Assembly: GCA_049599895.1 (NCBI GenBank)
Contig: JBMYPC010000061.1
Span: 1 to 17,871 of the forward strand
Direction: 5' to 3'
From: Bacteriovoracaceae bacterium
Lineage (GTDB): Bacteria; Bdellovibrionota; Bacteriovoracia; Bacteriovoracales; Bacteriovoracaceae
DNA: 17,871 nucleotides
Numbering within the stretch: the stretch's first letter is position 1; the number at the start of each line of letters is the position of its first letter. This document shows positions 1 to 6,922 of this stretch, piece after piece. Below the pieces are notes generated by a model, which saw nothing but the letters and a program-made list of their open reading frames with translations, searched no databases and was not told where the DNA came from. Position numbers and translations under genes: made by a program.

Positions 1-1
1 G

Positions 2-1705
2 GCCCCCAGCAAGTGCCGCTTGAGGGATCTGAGTTTTCACGTGGTCCATAAGGTCACAGCCCGTACACAGAGACGAGAGAACTGTAGTATCTGAAATCGG
101 AGAACATTGATCCCCGAAAACGGAACCATCCATTACCGTAGCAAAACAAATCGTCATAAAAAACTCAGGATGGGCCAATCCCTGCGCCTGAGCAACAGCG
201 TAAGCGAGTGGCATTGCCAGGGGAAAAGCAACCGCATAGGTTCCCCAACTGGTTCCAGTGGAAAAGGCAATAATTAATGTTAGAACAAAGAGCATGGCCG
301 GGAGAATCCAATAAGGAATTGTTCCTCCGAGAAGTTCCATAAGGTAGATTCCACCACCTGCATCTTTACTCACCCCACCAATTGTAATTGCGAGTAAAAG
401 AATGACGGAACCAAGAACAACACCTTTCATTCCACTTTCCATACCTTCAATAAGATCCCGAAGGGCCATCCCTTTAAAAAGAGCAAGACCAATTGAACTT
501 AAAAGTGCAAAACCAAAGGCCATCTGAACATAAGGTGATCCATAAAGAGCAAAAGTCACAAGACAGGTTCCGATAAGAATTCCAAGAGGAACGAAAAAAT
601 CAACCACACTTGGAGTATACCCTTCAGGAACCGTCACATCTTCTAGTTCCTCAGCTCTTAGAGGATTGGCCCCAGGAGCATCAAGTTCACCTGTTTCTCT
701 TGACCTTTTAATTGCCGCTTTAAGCTTTTTCCCAAGCCAAGGACTTTTATCGATACTGAGAAGAAATGTCCCTAAGACAGCAAAAATAGCGTAGAAACAA
801 AAAGGGACACTTTTAAAGAAAAAAGAAATTCGATCTGATTCAGTGGCAAGCCAGGCAACACCTGAAACATAAATGAGGGCCTGAATGTAACCAGGCCAAG
901 CATTGAACGCAAGCTGAGAAGCAATTGGAGAGGCGGTGGAATCAACAATATAAGAAAGCTCTTCGTGAGAGATATTCTCTTTGTCAGCTAAAGGCTTAAC
1001 AGTGGTACCAACTAAAACAGTACTGATTGTCCCACCCTGAAAAAAAATAACTCCAAGAAACCAACTAATGAGCTTCGCGGAACGTGGACCCTTAACAAAT
1101 TTTTTCGTCATAAACTCAGCAAAGGCCCTTGCCGCCCCAGTTTTTGACCACATCCCCACTAAGCCACCCATTAGCCATAGATAAAGAATGATAATTGAAG
1201 CAGAACTTTTTGACATAAGAGAAGGAATAAAAACTTCGTCAAAAAGTTGATATTTTCCCATCAGAAAAGCACCTGTAATCACACCACCGGCTAGAGCCGT
1301 TACAGGCTCACGAGTAATCCAACAAAGGAGAACCGCTGCAAAAGCTGGAAGTAGAGACCAAATCCCAAAGTGTTGCTTGAGTTGAAAAAGATAGTATTCA
1401 GTCTTTCCATCGACTTCAGTAAAGGCGTACTCTTCAACATCTTTTGCTGACTTTCCTTCAGGTAAAACATAGTTGTCAGAGTTAAAGCTCGACGGAGCAA
1501 GAGTTGATTCAGTGTTCAAGTCTACTGCTTCAAAGTATTTCGGCTTTCCTTTGTAGGTATAAAAGGTTTTGCCGGCTTCATCGGTTTTAGCATCGATGTT
1601 GACCTTCTCTATAGAATAATAGGGACTAACGTTTTTTCCTACAATGTAGGATCCAATAAGAAGGAGACCAAAGATAATGAAGTTAAAAGTTTGCTTCTTA
1701 AGCAT
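2..1705 (-). CDS. NhaC-family Na+/H+ antiporter / amino-acid transporter-like membrane protein; 3' end runs off the window
   Basis: Absent from the ORF track because there is no stop in the window. Manual translation from ATG 1705 (GGAG SD at 1714-1711) is open to the window edge: MLKKQTFNFIIFGLLLIGSY...WSLLPAFAAVLLCWITREP...LSYIVDSTASP...IAFSTGTSWGT...GSVFGDQCSPISDTTVLSSLCTGCDLMDHVKTQ. DSTASP, FSTGTSWGT and GD(H/Q)CSPISDTT..SS...DHV.TQ are typical NhaC-family motifs, and there are many hydrophobic helices. Confidence 0.9.
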   Translation of the reverse strand, partial: MLKKQTFNFIIFGLLLIGSYIVGKNVSPYYSIEKVNIDAKTDEAGKTFYTYKGKPKYFEAVDLNTESTLAPSSFNSDNYVLPEGKSAKDVEEYAFTEVDGKTEYYLFQLKQHFGIWSLLPAFAAVLLCWITREPVTALAGGVITGAFLMGKYQLFDEVFIPSLMSKSSASIIILYLWLMGGLVGMWSKTGAARAFAEFMTKKFVKGPRSAKLISWFLGVIFFQGGTISTVLVGTTVKPLADKENISHEELSYIVDSTASPIASQLAFNAWPGYIQALIYVSGVAWLATESDRISFFFKSVPFCFYAIFAVLGTFLLSIDKSPWLGKKLKAAIKRSRETGELDAPGANPLRAEELEDVTVPEGYTPSVVDFFVPLGILIGTCLVTFALYGSPYVQMAFGFALLSSIGLALFKGMALRDLIEGMESGMKGVVLGSVILLLAITIGGVSKDAGGGIYLMELLGGTIPYWILPAMLFVLTLIIAFSTGTSWGTYAVAFPLAMPLAYAVAQAQGLAHPEFFMTICFATVMDGSVFGDQCSPISDTTVLSSLCTGCDLMDHVKTQIPQAALAGG

Positions 1706-1746
1706 AAAAGCTCCGTAAATTAAATGAATTTGATTTTATTCACTTA

Positions 1747-1775
1747 AGTTTACGAAGCCTATTGATTTAGATCAA
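1747..1775 (-). promoter_or_regulatory. Putative sigma70 promoter for the NhaC-family gene
   Basis: Minus strand TTGATC (1775-1770), 17-nt spacer, TAAACT (1752-1747). Confidence 0.4.
1762..1775. promoter_or_regulatory. Perfect FNR/Anr-type palindrome TTGAT-N4-ATCAA upstream of the NhaC-family gene
   Basis: TTGAT-TTAG-ATCAA matches the FNR consensus exactly. A minus-strand TAAAAT at 1738-1733 would place the box at about -42.5. Confidence 0.45.
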
Positions 1776-1805
1776 CGAAATTTTTAAAAAGCCTCTAACA
1801 CCCTC

Positions 1806-2747
1806 TTACATTAAACCAATTTCACGAAGTCGTTGGTTGAGAAACTCACCAGCAGTGATGTCGTCCCATTTCTTTCCCTCGCCAACACATTGAGGAAGAA
1901 TCGCTAATGATGCCTCTGAATGGGGATGAACAAAGAATGGCATTGAAAAACGAGTTGTTGAAGTATCGTCAGGGTTAACTACTCTATGAGTTGTCGCTGG
2001 GAGGATTCCGTTTGTAAGCCTTGCCATCATGTCACCGGTATCAACAACAATTTGCCCAGGCTTACTCTTAACCGGTAACCAAGTACCATCTCTATCAAGT
2101 AACTCAAGACCAGAGTCGGTCGCGCCAACAAGTAAAGTAATCAAGTTTATATCTTCATGAGCTGCCGCTCTTACAGAGTTTTTTGTATCTTGATTAACCA
2201 CTGGTGGGTAGTGAATCAGTCTTAAGATGGAGTTTCCGTCATGAATCATCTCTGAGAAATAATTTGCGGGAACATCTAAAGCTTTTCCGATAGCACTTAA
2301 AAGGGCCTCGGCTGTTTTATCCATTGCCTTATAAAGATCTCCATAGGCCTTACGAAATTCCGGAAGATCTTTATCAGGCCAAACATTCGCTGGGTAAACA
2401 TCTTTATACTTACTATCGCTTGAAAGCTCTCTTCCCACATGCCAGAACTCCTTAAGGTCGGGATTAGGATTGTCTTTAGCATGCTCTTTACCAAATGGGG
2501 TGAAACCTCTTTGTCCACCTGAAACTCCCCCATATTGATTTTTGACTTCGTCTTCTAAAGCAAAAAATTGTTGTCCTATTTCATAAGCACGATCAACTTT
2601 ATCCTGCTCAATAAGATGATCATCAAGAATTATAAAACCATATTCTTTAAGGGCACTATAAAGAGTGTCGACAAACTTGAGCTGATCTTCAGCAGATCCC
2701 TCTGTAAATGATTTCAATGACAATGTTGGAACTTCTCTATTGCTCAT
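1806..2747 (-). CDS. 2-oxoglutarate/Fe(II)-dependent oxygenase, isopenicillin N synthase (PcbC)-like family
   Basis: DIOX_N-like N-terminus (VPTLSL...EYGFIILDDH), LRLIHYPP, facial triad H-x-D (AAHEDINLITLL) plus H (TTHRVVNP), RxS motif (RFSMPFF). AGGAG SD upstream. Confidence 0.92.
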   Translation of the reverse strand: MSNREVPTLSLKSFTEGSAEDQLKFVDTLYSALKEYGFIILDDHLIEQDKVDRAYEIGQQFFALEDEVKNQYGGVSGGQRGFTPFGKEHAKDNPNPDLKEFWHVGRELSSDSKYKDVYPANVWPDKDLPEFRKAYGDLYKAMDKTAEALLSAIGKALDVPANYFSEMIHDGNSILRLIHYPPVVNQDTKNSVRAAAHEDINLITLLVGATDSGLELLDRDGTWLPVKSKPGQIVVDTGDMMARLTNGILPATTHRVVNPDDTSTTRFSMPFFVHPHSEASLAILPQCVGEGKKWDDITAGEFLNQRLREIGLM

Positions 2748-2816
2748 AACGCACTCCTAAAATCGATGAAACGGCTAGTCATAACTATTAGTTTCACTTA
2801 AAAAAATTATTAGCTG

Positions 2817-2845
2817 AAACTATGATTCATGGTAGATCTCGTCAA
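2817..2845 (-). promoter_or_regulatory. Putative sigma70 promoter for the 2OG-Fe(II) oxygenase
   Basis: Minus strand TTGACG (2845-2840), 17-nt spacer, TAGTTT (2822-2817). Confidence 0.45.
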
Positions 2846-2912
2846 TTTCAAAAAGCAGATTCTAGCTATAGAATAATTAGATAAGATATTCAGTTTAATA
2901 TCTAAAATACCT

Positions 2913-3224
2913 CTAGAAGTCTTCACATTTGAGAACATGATAAGCTGGCGTCTCGTAAGGATGGGACTTCTTAAGAGCTTCAATTACTTGCTTAATGATT
3001 TTGCCTTCAACAACCATCTCAACCTTTACTTCTTCAACTTTTTCGAGCTCATTTAAAAGGCCTACATGAGGGTTTGTACCAGGCAGAGGTTTGAATTGGC
3101 CAAGGCCTTTAGTCTCAAAAGAACAATGACTATAATCACCAATCCTCCCAGCACCGGCTTTGAAAAGACTCTCTTTCACGATTTCACTATGAGTTTCTGG
3201 AACATAAACAGCTAGTAGAAACAT
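2913..3224 (-). CDS. Small YqfO/NIF3-related protein (stand-alone PII-like insertion domain of Nif3-like proteins)
   Basis: Start moved to ATG 3224 (AGGAG SD just upstream), giving 103 aa. LAVYVPETH...LFKAGAGRIGDYSHCSF...GLGQFKPLPGTNPHVG...EEVKVEM...SHPYETPAY matches the 'AGAG.IG.Y..CSF...G.F.P...HPYE.PA' signature. Confidence 0.85.
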   Translation of the reverse strand: MFLLAVYVPETHSEIVKESLFKAGAGRIGDYSHCSFETKGLGQFKPLPGTNPHVGLLNELEKVEEVKVEMVVEGKIIKQVIEALKKSHPYETPAYHVLKCEDF

Positions 3225-3372
3225 TATTGAACTCCTTTTTATCCGACTTTTTTGGTTTTTATCTTTATTCAAACATCTTTTTAAAACTTACATCAGAAGA
3301 CATATTTAATTTTATGTTCAAGAATATTAGGGATCAATTAGGAGTCTTAAATTTTTTCACGGAGGAAGAATA

Positions 3373-4257
3373 ATGGGAAAGACATTTATTATTAGTCTGT
3401 TCGCCCTCACAATGGCAGTTCAAGGAATGGCATGTGAGTTCCATGGTTGGGGCGGAATTGTTGCAGAGAACAGTCTCTACATTCCAGCTGGGTTTAAAAG
3501 CGCTGGTGGAATCAATGTAACTCAGTTCAATGAGACACTAGACAAAATCGAAGAGATCTACGGGCCAATTTTTAAAGAAAAATTTGGTGCTCTTCTTAAC
3601 GTCCAAAGAGATTGGGATGACGGAACAGTTAACGCTTATGCGACTCAATCAGGAAGTACTTGGATTATTAAAATGTTTGGCGGTCTCGCAAGACATCCAA
3701 CAATCTCTCAAGACGCTTTTGCAACTGTTGCCTGCCATGAAATTGGTCACCACATTGCTGGTGCTCCAAAAAGAAAAGGATGGTGGGGATCTTCAAGCTG
3801 GGCCTCAAACGAAGGACAGTCTGATTATTTCGCAACTTCAAAGTGTTTAAGAAAATATATGGAAAATGATGACAACGAAGCAATGATGAAAGACAAAGTT
3901 CTTCCTCAGACTGTTGTTGATAAGTGTAATGCGATCTTTACGAATAGTAATGAAGTAGCAATGTGTTACAGAACAGCTCTTGCAGGATTAAGCCTAGCAA
4001 GCCTTTTCAAAGCATTGAGAAATTCAACTGACCCACTTAAGTTTTCAACACCTGATCAAAACGTTGTAACAAAAACAAACGACATGCACCCTGCTTCACA
4101 ATGTCGTCTCGACACTTACTTTCAAGGTGGACTGTGCGAAAGATCAGCTTATGATGATCCAAGCCAGACAAACTACAAAACTGGTTACTGCATCAGAAAA
4201 GATGGATATACTGAAGGTGTAAGACCTCTTTGTTGGTTCAAAGAGCCAGGTGCTTAA
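3373..4257 (+). CDS. Secreted zinc metallopeptidase (HEXXH plus distal Glu, M48/gluzincin-like), Cys-rich
   Basis: N-terminal signal peptide, VNAYA strand motif, CHEIGHH zinc motif, NEGQSDYFA third-ligand motif, HP...R C-terminal motif (MHPASQCR), 9 Cys. GGAGG SD. Confidence 0.75.
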   Translation: MGKTFIISLFALTMAVQGMACEFHGWGGIVAENSLYIPAGFKSAGGINVTQFNETLDKIEEIYGPIFKEKFGALLNVQRDWDDGTVNAYATQSGSTWIIKMFGGLARHPTISQDAFATVACHEIGHHIAGAPKRKGWWGSSSWASNEGQSDYFATSKCLRKYMENDDNEAMMKDKVLPQTVVDKCNAIFTNSNEVAMCYRTALAGLSLASLFKALRNSTDPLKFSTPDQNVVTKTNDMHPASQCRLDTYFQGGLCERSAYDDPSQTNYKTGYCIRKDGYTEGVRPLCWFKEPGA

Positions 4258-4296
4258 GTTTTACCACTTACCAAAGTAACAAAGCTTATAATAAAG

Positions 4297-4324
4297 GCCC
4301 ATCTCTAAGAGATGGGCTTTTTTT
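4297..4324 (+). terminator. Rho-independent terminator after the metallopeptidase
   Basis: GCCCATCTC-TAA-GAGATGGGC perfect 9-bp stem followed by a T7 run. Confidence 0.85.
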
Positions 4325-4500
4325 ATTCGAAACTTTCCCTTTATTTCAAATGCTTACCTTATCTTTGCTCCTTCTCTCGGTTAGGTGTTCTTCAATGAAA
4401 AGACTTTTGACACCTCTATAAATATTGGAAAATACAAAAACCGAGCGATAAAAAGAGCTAAAATCTTTCAATAGTCAATTTTTGCTTAAAGACTCTATTT

Positions 4501-5370
4501 ATGAAAGGAAAGATGCTCTTAATTTTAGCGCTTATGATTCTCACAAGCTGTGCGAAAGACCCTACTATAAAAAAAGAAGTCTCCACTCAATCCCAAAAGA
4601 AAACCATTGCCTGTGATTTTGATCAGCCCGAGAAAGAAAAATCAGGAAATGAAAAAGGGCCTGATGCTCAAAAAGAATCTCGAGAAGCGAATGATAGTGA
4701 AACAATTATTACCGAAACCCCGGAGACAGAGCTCCCCATAACTCCGCCAGAACAAACACCAGAACAAGTCGTTGACACAGAAGAAGCTTCTCCCCTGCCT
4801 GAAGATAATGATGATCTCGCCTCAAGCAACGAATCTCAAAACATTGATAAACTTTTGCTGGAATCAAAAATCAAGATTTTTCAAAGGCTCGAACAAAACT
4901 TTGTTGAGGACTCTCACTATTTCTTTTCGCAAGTTTCTGAAGTTTCTCAAATAAAGCTCATCAAAAAGACAGATGCCCCTCTCGATCTTAAACAAATTGA
5001 TAATAACTTAAGTCTCATTAAAGTGATTCTTGATGTTGTAGAAAGTGAAAATGAGTATCCCGAAGAAATTGCGATTAAGATTTCTTTGATGCAAGAGCTT
5101 TTCTCAGGTCTCAAGCTCACTCGTCCAATGATTTATATTTTTGAAATGCTTCAATCAATCGAAAAAGGAATTGAATACAACTTTGCTTCAGAAGAGTTAG
5201 AACAACAAACGAAAGACCTTGAAGACTTTCTCGAAAAACAAAAGGATCAAATCAAAGAGTCCTATTTTTTCTTTTATCCTGATAAAGGTCCTTCATTTTT
5301 TGAGTCCCAGTACCTTGTCCTTAAAGAAAAAGTTCAAACTTATCAAAACTATTTTGCAGAAACAGATTAA
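4501..5370 (+). CDS. Hypothetical lipoprotein with an acidic Pro/Glu/Thr-rich linker and a helical C-terminal region
   Basis: 289-aa ORF. MKGKMLLILALMILTSC has a lipobox (LTSC). Low-complexity segment TETPETELPITPPEQTPEQ. No family recognised. Confidence 0.7.
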   Translation: MKGKMLLILALMILTSCAKDPTIKKEVSTQSQKKTIACDFDQPEKEKSGNEKGPDAQKESREANDSETIITETPETELPITPPEQTPEQVVDTEEASPLPEDNDDLASSNESQNIDKLLLESKIKIFQRLEQNFVEDSHYFFSQVSEVSQIKLIKKTDAPLDLKQIDNNLSLIKVILDVVESENEYPEEIAIKISLMQELFSGLKLTRPMIYIFEMLQSIEKGIEYNFASEELEQQTKDLEDFLEKQKDQIKESYFFFYPDKGPSFFESQYLVLKEKVQTYQNYFAETD

Positions 5371-5376
5371 CACAAT

Positions 5377-5408
5377 AAAAAAAGCCGCGTCTTAGCGCGG
5401 CCTCTTTT
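5377..5408. terminator. Probably bidirectional intrinsic terminator between the convergent lipoprotein and FKBP genes
   Basis: A7-GCCGCG-TCTTAG-CGCGGC-CTCTTTT. GC stem with a T7 tail on the minus strand and a weaker T-rich tail on the plus strand. Confidence 0.75.
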
Positions 5409-5429
5409 GAAATATATTTGTTTAAAAAA

Positions 5430-6134
5430 TTATTTCTTTTTATCTGCTTTTTTTGGAGCTTGAATTTCAATAAGCTCAACATCAAAAACAAGTGTAGCAC
5501 CACCTGGAATTTTTGCTCCAGCGCCAACATCTCCGTAACCTAGCTCAGCAGGGATCACAAGCTTCACTTTTCCACCTGCACCGACAAGCTGCATACCTTC
5601 AGTCCAACCTTTAATAACTCTGTTAAGAGGGAAAGTCGCTGCATCATTAGCATCAAACTCTGTCCCATCAATAAGAGTTCCTTTGTACTTAACTTTTACT
5701 GTATCAGTTTCTTTTGGCTTAGGACCTTTTCCTTCATCAAGAATTTTATAAGCTAGACCTGATGCTGTCTTTTTCCCACCCTCTTTCGTTACGAAAGTCT
5801 CAAGAAACTTCTTACCTTTTTCTTTTTCAACGTTAACAGATTTCATCATACGTGAACGAAACATTTGTCCGATTTTGCTCTGAAACTTACTCACCTGAAT
5901 CTTAGGCTCTGTTCCTTTTGCACCATCTTTTAAACCCTGAGCAAAAGCATTTAATTCTGCTTCTGTAGGCTCAACTCGCTCAATTCTTTTACCAGTAGTA
6001 TGCCCCATTGCATAAAATGTTTTTTCATCATCGTTTTCAAGTTTTACATTTCCACCTGACTGAGGCTTACAGGCAACTAATGAGCCTAAAGAGGCCAAAG
6101 CAACGATTAACAGTGATCTTTTTAAGATTGACAT
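5430..6134 (-). CDS. fkpA: FKBP-type peptidyl-prolyl cis-trans isomerase (FkpA/Mip-like), predicted lipoprotein
   Basis: Start moved to ATG 6134 (AAGGA SD). Lipobox LVAC, FKBP_N-like dimerisation region (FYAMG...FAQGLKDG), catalytic domain motifs VKYKGTLIDGTEFD, FPLNRVIKGWTEGMQL, IPAELGYG, IPGGATLVFDVELI. Confidence 0.92.
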   Translation of the reverse strand: MSILKRSLLIVALASLGSLVACKPQSGGNVKLENDDEKTFYAMGHTTGKRIERVEPTEAELNAFAQGLKDGAKGTEPKIQVSKFQSKIGQMFRSRMMKSVNVEKEKGKKFLETFVTKEGGKKTASGLAYKILDEGKGPKPKETDTVKVKYKGTLIDGTEFDANDAATFPLNRVIKGWTEGMQLVGAGGKVKLVIPAELGYGDVGAGAKIPGGATLVFDVELIEIQAPKKADKKK

Positions 6135-6253
6135 AAAAATCCTTTTTTTAAGGGTAACCACAAAATTTTAGCTTCCAAATCAACAACTTAGCAAGGTTTA
6201 AAATGGGAAATAAATGTTAGAATCGCTTTATAAAAAAGGCTTGTGAATTTCTT

Positions 6254-6910
6254 CTACCAAATTTCAGCTTCATCAATGGCCATATTGGCGAGTTCATCAC
6301 AACGTTCGTTCTGAGGATGCCCACTATGACCTTTGACCCACACGGTTCGAACTTCAGCAAATCCCCCTCGCAACGCATCAAGCCTTTGCCATAGCTCAAG
6401 GTTTTCTGGAGGTTTTTTATCTGCTTTTTTCCAACCTCTGGACTTCCAACCATGAACCCATGAGTTTAGTCCATCGAGAACATATTTAGAGTCACTGTAA
6501 AGAATCACTTTTGGAGAAGCTAAGTTTTCCTGTACAGACTCAACGCTAGTAACATAATCCAATGCTTCTATCGCTGCGGTAAGTTCCATTTGATTATTAG
6601 TCGTCTTTTCAAGAAAACCATTATCTTCATGCAAAAGATTTCCTCGATCACTTTGCACCATATAGCCCCAACCACCTGGACCAGGATTGCCACGACAAGC
6701 TCCATCTGAAAAACATAAAAATGTTCCTGGTTCAATACCAAGCTCTGGAAGTGGGTAGCGATCATCAGAACCTAATGCTTCTTGATTTTGTTCAAGCTCA
6801 GCAGCCAACTCTTTCATCTTAACAAGAAGAAGATCAATTGCTCCTAGCGCTTCTTCATCGGATTGAAACTTTGATTTTAACTTCTTTAATAAACTAAGTT
6901 CTTTTTTCAA
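6254..6910 (-). CDS. rnhA: Ribonuclease HI with a ~60-aa N-terminal extension
   Basis: FSDGACRGNPGPGGWG, TTNNQMEL, YSDSKYV, WKSRGWKKADKKPPENLELWQRL, WVKGHSGHPQNERCDELA: all four catalytic acidic residues are present. TTG start 12 nt after the tyrS stop. Confidence 0.95.
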   Translation of the reverse strand: MKKELSLLKKLKSKFQSDEEALGAIDLLLVKMKELAAELEQNQEALGSDDRYPLPELGIEPGTFLCFSDGACRGNPGPGGWGYMVQSDRGNLLHEDNGFLEKTTNNQMELTAAIEALDYVTSVESVQENLASPKVILYSDSKYVLDGLNSWVHGWKSRGWKKADKKPPENLELWQRLDALRGGFAEVRTVWVKGHSGHPQNERCDELANMAIDEAEIW

Positions 6911-6922
6911 GGAGGTCTCTCT

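Noticed and set aside
1300..1500. 66-aa minus-strand ORF in the track
   Set aside because: It lies out of frame inside the NhaC-family CDS, which has clear family motifs.
1806..2747. Beta-lactam biosynthesis (true isopenicillin N synthase)
   Set aside because: No ACV synthetase or other biosynthetic cluster genes are in the window, so only a family-level assignment is supported.
4230..4421. 63-aa ORF after the secreted peptidase
   Set aside because: It runs through a strong intrinsic terminator and has no convincing SD or motif.
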